The translations under genes and the position numbers were made by a program. A stretch of 64,000 bases of DNA, taken from contig JBJLFO010000001.1 of NCBI GenBank assembly GCA_045565315.1, forward strand, positions 209,542 through 273,541, read 5' to 3'. Below are positions 24,549 to 34,872 of this stretch, piece by piece; position 1 is the first letter of the stretch, and each line of letters starts with the position of its first letter. This DNA comes from Alphaproteobacteria bacterium. Lineage in GTDB: Bacteria; Pseudomonadota; Alphaproteobacteria; Rhizobiales; TMED25. Below the pieces are notes generated by a model that saw only the letters and a program-made list of their open reading frames with translations, had not been told where the DNA came from and did no database searches.

Positions 24549-25979
24549 TTGAATAAAAAAATGCAGCTATCAAAAAAGCAAGTAGGACCTTTTATCAGTA
24601 AACTCCAAAAGATCATTGATAAAAAAGATATTATTACCGATCAGAATACCATCGGACCTTATTTAATCGATTGGGTTGGTAATTTTCATGGTAACTCACC
24701 TTTAATGATCACTCCAAGAAATACCGAGCAGATATCTAAAATAGCCAAATTATGCTCAACTGAAAATATTGCACTGGTACCACAAGGCGGAAATACCGGT
24801 TCTGTTGCTGCTGGCATTCCAGATGGTGAAATTATTCTAAGCTTGAGAAAGATGAATAAAATCATAGAAACAAATCCAAATGATTACACTATTACAGTCC
24901 AATCAGGGTGCATATTAAGCGAAATTCATGAGGCAGCAAAGAATGTCTCAAGGCATTTCCCTCTTAGCATTGGGTCAGAAGGCTCTTGCACCATCGGAGG
25001 TAATATATCAACAAATGCAGGTGGAATATCAGTTTTAAAATATGGTAATATGAGAGATTTGGTTTTAGGGATAGAAGTAGTTCTCGCAGATGGTAGGGTT
25101 GTTAACAGCCTAAAAAGATTAAGAAAAGATAATACGGGATATGCTATAAAGCATATTTTCATGGGGGCTGAGGGAACGCTTGGAATAATTACTGCAGCAA
25201 GTTTGCGACTATTTCCAAAAATTGAGAATAAGGTTACAGGATTTGCATCTTTGAAAGATTTAGAGTCAACCGTTAAGCTTCTCGAGACGCTGAAAGAATT
25301 TGCCGGAGATCTTTTAACTTCGTATGAGTTAATCCCTGATATTGGACTTCATATAGCAAAAGAGTTTGGGGATAATATCACTGAACCGCTCAGTAAAAGA
25401 GAGCAATGGAATGTGATAGTTGAGTTTTCTGATACAAAAAATAATGATAACGCCCATGATATAATGCAGCGAGCCCTTCAAAAAGCCATTGAGGTGGGCA
25501 GTGTAAATGATGCAGTGATAGCAAACTCCATCTCCCAAACAAATAATATCTGGAAAATAAGAAAAGCAATTGTTGAGCATCAGCCAAAACTTGGCGGAGA
25601 AATAAAACACGATGTATCCGTTCCAATTTCATCAGTCCCTGAATTTATTGAAACTACCGGAAATAAATTAAGAGAATTTATTCCAAATGTTAGACCGGTC
25701 CCCTATGGGCATATTGGTGATGGTAATATCCACTATAATGTATGTCCGCCTGAAAACTATCCTGAGAAACTATTTGAAGAAAAAACCTCAGATATTCGTG
25801 AAATAGTATACGGATCAGTAAATAGTTTTGGAGGTAGTTTTGCAGCAGAACATGGGGTTGGTATAATTAAAAAGAAACAAATGCTAAAATATAAAGATAA
25901 AGTTGAATTACAAATAATGAAAGATATCAAATCATTATTAGACCCAAAAAATATCATCAATCCAGGTAAAGTTTTATAA
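24549..25979 (+). CDS. FAD-binding oxidase, GlcD / D-2-hydroxyacid dehydrogenase family
   Basis: Track ORF. PCMH-type FAD-binding motif VPQGGNTGSVAAG; the C-terminal EHGVG...K is typical of FAD-linked oxidases. The track start is TTG; an ATG at 24561 is an alternative. Confidence 0.8.
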   Translation: MNKKMQLSKKQVGPFISKLQKIIDKKDIITDQNTIGPYLIDWVGNFHGNSPLMITPRNTEQISKIAKLCSTENIALVPQGGNTGSVAAGIPDGEIILSLRKMNKIIETNPNDYTITVQSGCILSEIHEAAKNVSRHFPLSIGSEGSCTIGGNISTNAGGISVLKYGNMRDLVLGIEVVLADGRVVNSLKRLRKDNTGYAIKHIFMGAEGTLGIITAASLRLFPKIENKVTGFASLKDLESTVKLLETLKEFAGDLLTSYELIPDIGLHIAKEFGDNITEPLSKREQWNVIVEFSDTKNNDNAHDIMQRALQKAIEVGSVNDAVIANSISQTNNIWKIRKAIVEHQPKLGGEIKHDVSVPISSVPEFIETTGNKLREFIPNVRPVPYGHIGDGNIHYNVCPPENYPEKLFEEKTSDIREIVYGSVNSFGGSFAAEHGVGIIKKKQMLKYKDKVELQIMKDIKSLLDPKNIINPGKVL

Positions 25980-26020
25980 TTTTAAGAAATTATCTACAAA
26001 CACGAATTATTGAATAAAAT

Positions 26021-26914
26021 ATGATAAGTAGAAATTATTTAGGTGCAATACTTGCATCAACATCAGCATCGCTTGGAGGAATGACTGTAGTCCTAACAAG
26101 ATATCTTATGCCAGAGAGTGATGCATTCTCATTGCCGGGTGCTAGATATTTTATTGGAGGAATTGTATTATTTCTCATATTTGCCATAATTAAAAAGCTA
26201 AAACCCCTAGAGATAGTAGATTGGAAAGCTATATTATTTTTATCTTTTTCTTTTTATGTTGCTTTTCCTATCGCATTTGCTGCTGGATTGGAACATACAA
26301 CCGCAGCTAGGGGTGCTATTGTATTTACAGCTCAGCCAATAATTACGCTTATTCTCGGTTTGATATTGGGTACTGAGCGAACAAACCTATTTAAAGTTTT
26401 AGCAATGTTCATAGCAATTGCCGGTATATCTGTGACATTAAGTGATAAAATTGGCGATGAAGCTCCAAATGCTCTAATGGGTGATTTTCTGATGTTTACT
26501 GCAGCTTTTTTCAACTCGTTATATCTAGTTAAATCTAGAAATTTAATAATAAAATATGGTACTTATACATTTGCAGTATGGCCAATGCTGATAGGTTCCT
26601 CAATGATGCTATTCTTAGCGTTATTTTTTGGAAACCCGCTGAGTGGATCGCTGTCCTTTGATGCGCATGGATGGATGGTATTATTAATTTTAGCAATTCC
26701 AGGTGTCGCTCTTATGCAATATATTTTTCAGCAGGCGATTATAATGTCGAGTCCAACAGGTGTATCGATGACTGTTGGATTTAATCCGCTGTGGTCAATA
26801 ATTTTAGGTGCAATCATCCTGCATGAGCCAATATCTTCAAAAATATTATTTGGTTTTTTATGTATTGTAGTAGCTGTTATCTTGGCTAACTATGAAAAGA
26901 AAAATATTTTGTAA
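26021..26914 (+). CDS. EamA/DMT-superfamily transporter
   Basis: Track ORF of ~10 predicted TM helices in two EamA-like halves. Confidence 0.75.
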   Translation: MISRNYLGAILASTSASLGGMTVVLTRYLMPESDAFSLPGARYFIGGIVLFLIFAIIKKLKPLEIVDWKAILFLSFSFYVAFPIAFAAGLEHTTAARGAIVFTAQPIITLILGLILGTERTNLFKVLAMFIAIAGISVTLSDKIGDEAPNALMGDFLMFTAAFFNSLYLVKSRNLIIKYGTYTFAVWPMLIGSSMMLFLALFFGNPLSGSLSFDAHGWMVLLILAIPGVALMQYIFQQAIIMSSPTGVSMTVGFNPLWSIILGAIILHEPISSKILFGFLCIVVAVILANYEKKNIL

Positions 26915-26941
26915 AAAAAATGACGAGAGTAATTTCTTTGT

Positions 26942-27850
26942 CTAAGTTAATCTATAAAAATCGTCGGCGCTATCATGAAAAAATGCTCGAACCTCTGACT
27001 CTGTTCGTTCAATGAGGGCCAATTTGCATAATTTAATAACAGTATCGTAGCTAATTTTTATTTTTTCTACTGGAAAATTACTCCCAAAAAAACATCTCTC
27101 AGCGCCAAACATATCAATTATTGCATTATATTGTCTTGTAATTGCTTCTAAAGATCTCGGATTGTTAGTCCAATTCAACACATTTAATCCAGAACATTTA
27201 ACATAAAGGTTTTTGAATTGTGATAGCATTTCTATACCTCTTCGCCATTCATCAAAATTAACCTCGTCATCACCGACTAGCAATCCTCCATGCACCAAAC
27301 AGAACCGTAAGCTTTGATGGCTCGTTATTAATTTCGAAAAGAAATTAAATTGATTAGGAAAACCTTGTAGTTCAAAATGTAAACCACGAATTTCGAGTTG
27401 TTCTAGACCAAGGTGAAATTTCTTTGAGAGACAATAGTCTGGTCTATCAACAATCTGCCATTCAGGCTTCGATGGATGCCAAGCAACAACTTGTCTTATA
27501 CCTCTAAAATTTGGGTATTTAATGTGACCATCAAGAACACAAGCGATATCAGATGCACTAATATCAGCATAACCTACTATTCCGTTTGGATAGCTATTTT
27601 GGTCTGCAATGCTTTGCAACCATTTAGTTTCTCCTATATGATCGGGAGGATTATAATGGGCCTGCTCATGAACTGACTTTACAATATTATTCCCACCAAA
27701 GTCTTTGATAAGGTCATTTACTAAATAATCGTGTCGTAATAATTCATAACTTGAACCAAAGATTTTAGGAGAAGGTGCTGCTGTGAGCCAAGGATAGTTT
27801 TTTACAATCCAAATATGATGGTGAGTATCAATAATGGGACCATCATACAT
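26942..27850 (-). CDS. Amidohydrolase-2 family metal-dependent hydrolase (lactonase-like)
   Basis: Track ORF. N-terminal IIDTHHHIW...YPWL motif is typical of the PF04909-type TIM-barrel hydrolases. Confidence 0.7.
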   Translation of the reverse strand: MYDGPIIDTHHHIWIVKNYPWLTAAPSPKIFGSSYELLRHDYLVNDLIKDFGGNNIVKSVHEQAHYNPPDHIGETKWLQSIADQNSYPNGIVGYADISASDIACVLDGHIKYPNFRGIRQVVAWHPSKPEWQIVDRPDYCLSKKFHLGLEQLEIRGLHFELQGFPNQFNFFSKLITSHQSLRFCLVHGGLLVGDDEVNFDEWRRGIEMLSQFKNLYVKCSGLNVLNWTNNPRSLEAITRQYNAIIDMFGAERCFFGSNFPVEKIKISYDTVIKLCKLALIERTESEVRAFFHDSADDFYRLT

Positions 27851-27913
27851 TTTTCATTTATTTCCTTGTTTCATTTTTAAGAACAGTCGCCATGACTAAA
27901 TTATGCAGAGTGA

Positions 27914-28186
27914 TTATCTTCTACGAAAGTTCTTTCTTGCTTGTGATCTAGTAGCTGGAGCCTTCTCATCTTTATGTCTAAATATTATTCTGCCTTTATC
28001 AAGGTCATAAGGCGTCATTTCAACAGTAACTTTGTCACCAATTAAAGTCCTTATTCTATGTTTTTTCATTTTTCCCGCCGTGTAAGCGACAATCTCGTGT
28101 TCATTATCTAACATAACTCTGAAACGCGCATCTGGAAGGACATCTGTCACTACACCTTCTAACTCAAGTAATTCCTCTTTAGCCAT
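27914..28186 (-). CDS. infA: Translation initiation factor IF-1
   Basis: Track [16 protein letters not shown]...FRV...HTAGKM-like S1 fold, with an ~18-aa basic C-terminal tail. Confidence 0.93.
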   Translation of the reverse strand: MAKEELLELEGVVTDVLPDARFRVMLDNEHEIVAYTAGKMKKHRIRTLIGDKVTVEMTPYDLDKGRIIFRHKDEKAPATRSQARKNFRRR

Positions 28187-28271
28187 AAAATCTCACTCTT
28201 ATATTTTTATATATTCTAAGTTATACATCTATAACATAGGTAATGGATGATTAGAATATTATTTTCTTCCA

Positions 28272-29282
28272 TTACACGGAAATGTTATCATACCATGATG
28301 CTATGGTATTCAAGTTTTGTATTGTTAAATCATCCAAACTTCTGATATTTATAATCTCTTCAAGTTCGTTAATTGTTTTTAAACCAGTTATAACCGATGA
28401 GATTTTTTTATTTTTAAGACAAAATAACAATGCTAATTGCGATAAACTTAAATCCTCTCTTCGCAGTATAGCTTTTAACTCTTTTGCTTGCCTGTGATCA
28501 ATACTCACTTTATCTTGTTGATTTAATTTACGATTTAAATTATCTACAATCGCACCATTAGCAAGAGAACGAATCCCCAGCACAGCAATATTATTTGCAT
28601 GAGCAAGGTCAAGAATGCTTCCACTTCCATTCCCACTACCCTGATTACAGTCAGAATTCGAAATAATATGTTTACCATTCGCTGTTTGATTTAAGACATT
28701 ATATAGTATTTGGATTGAAGAAAACTTTCCAGATTCTAATAACATTTTAAGAGTTTTGTAATCGCCATCCCATCCGGTGAGTCCAATAAATCGGATTTTT
28801 CCTGACTGAATTAGATGATCCACATTATGCACAAAATCAATGCAATCATGAAAATCTAATCTAGGAGCAAATTCTGGGGGATTATTTCTAAATTGATATT
28901 TCCCTCTTGTGTCGCCAACCTGATGATGAATCTGCAATATATCAATATAATCCGTTTTTAATCTTACTAAGCTTTTCTCGACTGAAGTTGATATTACAGT
29001 TTTCATTTTTTCTAAGTCGCTGATGTCAGAAATTCTGACTTTTGAAGCTACTATTATTTTATCCCTTTTTTCATTTATTGCCCTACCTAAATTAATTTCT
29101 GAACGGCCATATACAGGAGATGTATCAAAAAAATTAATTCCAAAATCAATTGCTTTCTTTACACAAGTGATACAAGCTTGATCTTCATCTTCTCCAGAAG
29201 TGTAACCAATTGCAGCTCCACCGAACCCAATTTCTGAGACTTTTAAACCAGTCTTTCCAAAATTATTATATTTCAATATCAT
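28272..29282 (-). CDS. Aldo/keto reductase
   Basis: Track ORF trimmed to MILKYNNFGKTGLKVSEIGFGG... (ATG at 29282), the typical AKR N-terminus. This shrinks the overlap with the upstream gene to 17 nt. Confidence 0.8.
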   Translation of the reverse strand: MILKYNNFGKTGLKVSEIGFGGAAIGYTSGEDEDQACITCVKKAIDFGINFFDTSPVYGRSEINLGRAINEKRDKIIVASKVRISDISDLEKMKTVISTSVEKSLVRLKTDYIDILQIHHQVGDTRGKYQFRNNPPEFAPRLDFHDCIDFVHNVDHLIQSGKIRFIGLTGWDGDYKTLKMLLESGKFSSIQILYNVLNQTANGKHIISNSDCNQGSGNGSGSILDLAHANNIAVLGIRSLANGAIVDNLNRKLNQQDKVSIDHRQAKELKAILRREDLSLSQLALLFCLKNKKISSVITGLKTINELEEIINIRSLDDLTIQNLNTIASWYDNISV

Positions 29283-29835
29283 TCTCCAAATCTTGCATGT
29301 ATGGACTAGATAATTCTGTGTGCTGAACTCCAAAAACATTTATTGTCATAGAAATAATTGTGTAGTAACCAAGCAAACCAACCAAATCTACCAGCCTGTC
29401 TGATCCAAGAACATTGGCACTATCCTGGTAAATTTTATCACTAACTTTTTTATCTTTATGTAATAGCATCGTAAAATCATATATTACCTTTTGTTCTCTA
29501 GTGAGATTAGATGGTTTGGCACCAACTTCAATTTCATCTATAATCGATTTGCTAACCCCAGCTTCTATTGCTATTTTACTATGTACTTTCCATTCATAAC
29601 CAGCCCCCCATATTCTTGCTATTAAACAAATAGCAAATTCTGATAAAATTGGTTCCAAGGATGAATTATATCGGCAATATGCTCCAAGTGACTGAGCTTT
29701 GTCAGCTAGTCCGGGTCTATGCATCCAAACAGCAAGTGGTCCTCTGACACTACCTCTCGGCCCAGCTGAAATTTCATCATGTATTTTTTTTTGCTCTCTA
29801 TTCATATTTTCATATTCCAGATTTTCTAATCTCAT
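29266..29835 (-). CDS. Carboxymuconolactone decarboxylase (AhpD-like) family protein
   Basis: Track ORF whose sequence resembles CMD-family proteins (…AICLIARIWGAGYEWKVHSKIA…). Confidence 0.65.
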   Translation of the reverse strand: MRLENLEYENMNREQKKIHDEISAGPRGSVRGPLAVWMHRPGLADKAQSLGAYCRYNSSLEPILSEFAICLIARIWGAGYEWKVHSKIAIEAGVSKSIIDEIEVGAKPSNLTREQKVIYDFTMLLHKDKKVSDKIYQDSANVLGSDRLVDLVGLLGYYTIISMTINVFGVQHTELSSPYMQDLENDIEI

Positions 29836-30127
29836 CTATTTCTCCCGACAATAATTTTTAACTATGTAATTTTTGTACAAAATTTTTTGCAAATGTTTAC
29901 AAATTAAAATAATTTTAAAAAAAAAGTTATACACAGATAATACAATTTTTTTTTTTAAATCAAACCATTCAAATGCATTAATCAATTTTTTTTGACTAAT
30001 ATGTAAATTTTCCTTTCACTTTAATTAAAATATTGCTAAAAAGTAACTTTAAATATTTCTATATTTGAAATAGACACAATAACCAATCAATGCAGAACCT
30101 GCATATTATAATGGGAGGAAATTCATT

Positions 30128-30901
30128 ATGGCTGATGACATAGTCATTCAAGGAGGCGGTCTTAGAAAGCAATTCACAGAAACTGTGATAGCTGTAGAAG
30201 ACGCCAATTTTACTATACCCCGTGGTTCATTCATATCTTTAGTAGGGCCAAGTGGATGTGGTAAATCAACACTATTAAGACTAATATCGGGTCTGATTGA
30301 AAAAACAGATGGAGATTTACTGGTAAGAAACTCTGAGGTTGTTGGACCTCGAAGTGACATCGGCATGATGTTCCAAAAAGCAGTGCTACTAGATTGGCGT
30401 ACTGCAGTTGAAAATGTTCTTTTACCAGATGAAATTAGGGGAACTGTATCTCCAGAGGCAAAAAAGAAAGCATGGGATCATCTTCAATTGGTTGGTCTTC
30501 AAGACTTTGAGTTTTCATTTCCAAGGCAGCTCTCAGGGGGTATGCAACAACGTGTTGCTTTAGCAAGACTGCTACAAACTGGAGCAGATATAATGCTTCT
30601 AGATGAACCATTTGGAGCACTAGATGAATTTACTCGTGAGAGATTAAATGTTGAGTTACTTAGGATTGTTGATGACCCAAATATAACAACTGTATTTGTT
30701 ACTCACAATATTACAGAAGCAATATTCCTTGGTGATCAGGTATTTGTAATGACACCTAGACCAGGTAGAATTGCAGCCCAAATCGAAATTGATCTTCCAA
30801 AACCTCGATCTATTGATATGGAAACAACTCCAGAATTCCAAAAATATGTTCAGGAAGTCAGAGATGTTCTTGCCAGTCATTTAGAGGAACAACCGCTATG
30901 A
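30128..30901 (+). CDS. ABC transporter ATP-binding protein, NitT/TauT (nitrate/sulfonate/bicarbonate) type
   Basis: Track ORF. Walker A GPSGCGKST, signature LSGGMQQRV, Walker B MLLDEPF. GGGAGGA RBS 8 nt upstream. Confidence 0.9.
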   Translation: MADDIVIQGGGLRKQFTETVIAVEDANFTIPRGSFISLVGPSGCGKSTLLRLISGLIEKTDGDLLVRNSEVVGPRSDIGMMFQKAVLLDWRTAVENVLLPDEIRGTVSPEAKKKAWDHLQLVGLQDFEFSFPRQLSGGMQQRVALARLLQTGADIMLLDEPFGALDEFTRERLNVELLRIVDDPNITTVFVTHNITEAIFLGDQVFVMTPRPGRIAAQIEIDLPKPRSIDMETTPEFQKYVQEVRDVLASHLEEQPL

Positions 30902-31773
30902 GTATGGATCAAGAAGCACAAGTCAGTAATATTGAACTTGCAGCAGATTATAAAGGCAGTACCGGTGGTGCTGTCGTTCGGCATACAATAATATTCTTTG
31001 TATTAATGTTCATATGGGAAATGGCAAACAGAACGGGTTTTAGTAATCCACTTCTCTTACCAAGGCCTACGGATGTTGTAGCCTCAATATGGAAAATCTA
31101 TGTAACACAAGGAAACGTATGGTATCACCTTTGGGTAACGTTTCAAGAGGCTATGGTTGGATGTTTTATAGGTTGTGTGATTGGAATTGGACTAGCTGTC
31201 GCAGCTGTTCTAAGTGATACATTCAGACAGTTCTTAAAGCCTTACATCATTATTGTTGAAGCTACTCCAAGGATTGCACTCGGTCCAATATTCGTTACAT
31301 GGTTTGGATTTGGTATGAGTTCAAAAGTTGCACTAGCTGCTCTAGTTTGTTTCTTTGCACCTTTTGTAAACACGATTACAGGTTTGTTGGGTGTTGAAGA
31401 AGAATCGTATGAGCTATTTAGATCACTCGGTGCAACACGGAGACAAGTATTCTGGAGACTTATGATTCCAACTGCACTTCCAACTATGAATGCTGGATTG
31501 AAGCTTGCTGTTGGATCCGCCTTCGGTGGAGCTCTGGTTGCAGAATTTATATCCGCACAAGCAGGTATGGGTATTTTAATGGCTAGATATACAATGTCTC
31601 TTAATATGCCATCTGCCTTTGCTGGTTTATTATCTATTACCTTATATGGTTTCTTACTATTTAGAACCATGGAAATTATAGATAAAAGAGTTCTATACTG
31701 GTTAAGTGATGATCTTATGACAAAGAAAAGTGCTAAGAGAAAAATTAAATTTCACAAGGAGGTAAGCGTATGA
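30898..31773 (+). CDS. ABC transporter permease (NitT/TauT type), copy 1
   Basis: Track ORF. Multi-TM protein with the EAA-loop region ...LFRSLGATRRQVFWRLMIPTALP. ATGA overlap with the ATPase gene. Confidence 0.88.
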   Translation: MSMDQEAQVSNIELAADYKGSTGGAVVRHTIIFFVLMFIWEMANRTGFSNPLLLPRPTDVVASIWKIYVTQGNVWYHLWVTFQEAMVGCFIGCVIGIGLAVAAVLSDTFRQFLKPYIIIVEATPRIALGPIFVTWFGFGMSSKVALAALVCFFAPFVNTITGLLGVEEESYELFRSLGATRRQVFWRLMIPTALPTMNAGLKLAVGSAFGGALVAEFISAQAGMGILMARYTMSLNMPSAFAGLLSITLYGFLLFRTMEIIDKRVLYWLSDDLMTKKSAKRKIKFHKEVSV

Positions 31774-32627
31774 GTGATATCGGATCAGACGGCGTACTAG
31801 CCGGAGTTAAGGAACTCTCACCACTTAAAAAACTTGCAATGCATTTAACTGTGTTTATTGTCCTCTTCGGTGGATGGGAACTCGGATCAAGACTAGGTCA
31901 TGTAAATGAACTTATAATGCCAGCTCCTACATCTATTGCATATAGACTCTACGAAATGTTTTTTGTTACCGGATCAATATATTGGCATTATATAATTACA
32001 ATGTACGAAGCTATCATGGGCTTCATCATTGGTGTCAGCATTGGTATGGGTTTGGCAATATCTGCTGCAATTAGTCCTGTATTTAGAAGATATTGGGCTC
32101 CATATGCAGTGGTATTTAATGTAACACCAGGTATTGCAGTAACACCATTTATTATTGCATGGTTTGGTTTTGGATATAGTTCTAAGATAGCTCTTGCTGC
32201 TCTTGTTTGCTTTTTCCCTCCATTTATTAACACATTAACTGGATTGTTGCACATTGATAAGGATGCTACAGAGTTGTTTAGGTCACTAGGTGCAACTAAA
32301 AGACAATTCTTTTGGAAATGTCAAATCCCAACCGCGACACCAATAATTATTGCTGGATTAAAACTTGCAATGACAGGTGCCTTGATTGGTACTGTTGTAG
32401 CTCAGTTTTTCTCAGCCTCAGAAGGGGTTGGAATTTTGATGCAACGATTTGCTTTCAGGTTAAATATGGATGGTAGTTTTGCCGCTCTTATAGTTATGTC
32501 TTTGATGGGCTTAAGTCTCTTTACTCTTATGGAGTATATGGACTATAAAGTAATTTACTGGAGAAGACACTCTAGGATGGAGGAAGTTAGCGCTAAAAGA
32601 AAAAGTAAATGGACAATGGCAAGCTAA
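31770..32627 (+). CDS. ABC transporter permease (NitT/TauT type), copy 2 (tandem paralogue)
   Basis: Track ORF, clearly paralogous to the preceding permease (…LFRSLGATKRQFFWKCQIPTATP…). ATGA overlap. Confidence 0.88.
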   Translation: MSDIGSDGVLAGVKELSPLKKLAMHLTVFIVLFGGWELGSRLGHVNELIMPAPTSIAYRLYEMFFVTGSIYWHYIITMYEAIMGFIIGVSIGMGLAISAAISPVFRRYWAPYAVVFNVTPGIAVTPFIIAWFGFGYSSKIALAALVCFFPPFINTLTGLLHIDKDATELFRSLGATKRQFFWKCQIPTATPIIIAGLKLAMTGALIGTVVAQFFSASEGVGILMQRFAFRLNMDGSFAALIVMSLMGLSLFTLMEYMDYKVIYWRRHSRMEEVSAKRKSKWTMAS

Positions 32628-32652
32628 CTTATTTAACATATTTAGAAAAAAT

Positions 32653-32685
32653 AAAAAACCCAGTTTTATTGCTGGGTTTTTTTTT
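32653..32685. terminator. Bidirectional Rho-independent terminator
   Basis: AAAAAACCCAG-ttttattg-CTGGGTTTTTTTTT lies between convergent genes, with an A-tract upstream and a T-tract downstream. Confidence 0.8.
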
Positions 32686-32698
32686 ATGATCACATAAC

Positions 32699-33556
32699 TT
32701 ACAAATCAAGGAAAGCTTTTGCTTTCTTATACATAGCATAATCAACGAGTTTATTTTCAAATGTAATTGCTGCCTGTCCATTTTTAACAGCTTCTTCAAA
32801 TGCTATTACCATTCTTGAATATAGTTCAATCTCCTTTGGGTTTGGCTCGTATGCTTCTCTTGCAATCTTGATATGACTCGGGTGGATTAGAGTTCTACCA
32901 TCATACCCAATTCTTTTACTTAATTCGCATTCTGACTTTAATCCATCAAGGTCATTAATTCCACCATATGCTCCATCCAATATATATGGAAGTTTTGCAG
33001 CTCTTGCTTCAACTAACGATCTTGATCTTGAATAGTTCAATTCAAATCCTTCAATTGACCAATCGGATCTTAAATCTCTTTGCAGATCACCATCCTGTGC
33101 ACTACCAAACACTATCGACTCAACTCTCTCAGCAGCACTACAAATATCATAGCATTTGATCACACCCAAAGCAGTCTCAATAAGTAATAATAGTTTTATA
33201 GAATTTATTTCTAGACCAACTTTCTTTTCTTGGTCCGTAAGTATTTGATCCACAAACTTGACTTGGCTTACAGACTCGGCCATTGGAAGCGCAATACCGT
33301 AAATATTTTTATTTACGACCGCTCTTAAATCATCTTCTAGAAATTCCTTCTCACTATTTACTCTAACTAAAGTTGTTATATTTAAATTAGGAATTATGTT
33401 TTGAGAGATATTATTTCGTACTTCACTTTTCATATTTAATGGGACAGCATCTTCAAAATCAATAATTATCCCATCAGGTTCAAAACGCGAAGCTTTCTCG
33501 ATTAAATCTGGCTTATTGCCGGGTGTGTATAAAGTTATTAGAGGTTTATTATTCAT
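32699..33556 (-). CDS. HpcH/HpaI aldolase / citrate lyase beta (CitE)-like acyl-CoA lyase
   Basis: Track ORF. DGIIIDFEDAV motif and overall CitE-like sequence. Confidence 0.75.
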   Translation of the reverse strand: MNNKPLITLYTPGNKPDLIEKASRFEPDGIIIDFEDAVPLNMKSEVRNNISQNIIPNLNITTLVRVNSEKEFLEDDLRAVVNKNIYGIALPMAESVSQVKFVDQILTDQEKKVGLEINSIKLLLLIETALGVIKCYDICSAAERVESIVFGSAQDGDLQRDLRSDWSIEGFELNYSRSRSLVEARAAKLPYILDGAYGGINDLDGLKSECELSKRIGYDGRTLIHPSHIKIAREAYEPNPKEIELYSRMVIAFEEAVKNGQAAITFENKLVDYAMYKKAKAFLDL

Positions 33557-33575
33557 GAATTATTTCCTTTCCTTT

Positions 33576-34787
33576 TTATATAATACCATCTTTTTTTAAT
33601 TGAGTAATTTCAGATGTTTTTATGCCGAGCCAATTCCTAAAAATTTCTTCATTATCATGCCCTATATTTTTACCCAAGTGCTTTATTTTACCTGGTGTCT
33701 TTGACATTTTTGGGAATACATTTTCTGTATTTAAATTTTTTCCGTTATCCGAAATATTAATTATCATCTCTCTTGCTTGTGCATGAATGTTATTCATAAT
33801 ATCTTCTATATTGAATACTGGTCCCATAGGTACAGCCTCTTTTTGTAATACTGATGTCACTTCTTGAAGTGAATGCTTGCTAATCCATTCAGAAATATAT
33901 TCATCAAGCTCGTCAACATTAACAACTCTCTCCGAATTATTTAAAAATTTTGGGTGGTCAATCAGATCTGGTCTACCAATAACTTTGAATAATCGTTCTG
34001 CTGTAGTCTGAGTTGCACCAGCTAATGCAATCCATCTATTATCTTTTGTTTTATAGGTATTTCTCGGTGCACTCGTAGGAGCCTTATTACCCATTCGCTT
34101 TGGTATCTGTCCTGTTAGATCATAAACCATTGCATTGGGACCAAGAACCGAGAATAAACTTTCCCAAATACTCACATCTATTACTTGACCTTTTTTTGTC
34201 TTAACGATGTCTCGATTATATATTGCAAACATTGCTGATAACGCAGCATAAAAACCAGCAAAAGTATCTGCTAGCGCAAACTGCGGTAAAGTTGGAGGAC
34301 CATCATTTTCACCAGTCATTTCAGCAAAACCACTCATCGCTTCCATTAGAGTACCAAAACCAGGTTGATTTGCATATGGGCCTGTTTGTCCATAACCACT
34401 AACTCTTACTATAATCAATTTCGGATACTTACTTTGCAATTCATCGATATTTATTCCCCATTCTTCTAGCCTCCCCGGCCGAAAATTTTCAATAAATATA
34501 TCTGTGTCTTCAAGTAATTGATAGAGTATATCTCTTCCCTCTTCTTTCGATATATCTAATGTAATTAGTTTTTTATTTCTTGCATATGTTTTCCACCAGG
34601 GATTGATCCCATCAACTTCAAAGCCAAAATTTCTAAGGTGATCACCTTTCATTGGCATCTCAATGTGTAACACTTCTGCACCAAAATCTGCTAACAGCCT
34701 ACCGCATAATGGAGCAGCAATGACTGTGGCGCATTCTAAAACTCTCAATCCTTTTAATGCTTCTAATTTTTCAGTTTTATTGTTCAT
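33576..34787 (-). CDS. Family III CoA-transferase (CaiB/BaiF/Frc family)
   Basis: Track ORF. N-terminal LKGLRVLECATVIAAPLCGRLLADFGAEVLHIE is the family signature. Confidence 0.85.
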   Translation of the reverse strand: MNNKTEKLEALKGLRVLECATVIAAPLCGRLLADFGAEVLHIEMPMKGDHLRNFGFEVDGINPWWKTYARNKKLITLDISKEEGRDILYQLLEDTDIFIENFRPGRLEEWGINIDELQSKYPKLIIVRVSGYGQTGPYANQPGFGTLMEAMSGFAEMTGENDGPPTLPQFALADTFAGFYAALSAMFAIYNRDIVKTKKGQVIDVSIWESLFSVLGPNAMVYDLTGQIPKRMGNKAPTSAPRNTYKTKDNRWIALAGATQTTAERLFKVIGRPDLIDHPKFLNNSERVVNVDELDEYISEWISKHSLQEVTSVLQKEAVPMGPVFNIEDIMNNIHAQAREMIINISDNGKNLNTENVFPKMSKTPGKIKHLGKNIGHDNEEIFRNWLGIKTSEITQLKKDGII

Positions 34788-34872
34788 TATCTTTTATTTT
34801 TTAAATAAAAAATTTAAGGTATATTATAATATAGTTCGTATTTACTAATAACTTAAAATTAAGGGAATTGAA

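Noticed and set aside
27914-27970. IF-1 with an ~18-aa basic C-terminal tail (90 aa versus the usual ~72)
   Set aside because: It is a short, plausible lineage-specific extension, and I cannot judge its rarity without a database.
29836-30127. Riboswitch (e.g. TPP, because ThiXYZ-type HMP importers belong to the NitT/TauT family) or an operator in the 292-nt leader. Also a TGCAG-AAC-CTGCA repeat next to a perfect TATAAT at 30107
   Set aside because: No CTGAGA / ACCTGATCTGGATAATGCCAGC-like TPP core or other riboswitch hallmark was seen. The TATAAT sits only ~15 nt upstream of the ATG and upstream of the RBS, so it cannot serve as the -10 of a leadered mRNA. The 5-bp repeat is too short to mean much.
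34820-34833. Perfect 14-bp palindrome TATATTATAATATA between the CoA-transferase and ThDP enzyme genes
   Set aside because: It is pure A/T low-complexity sequence that doubles as overlapping -10-like hexamers. This is expected by chance in such intergenic DNA.
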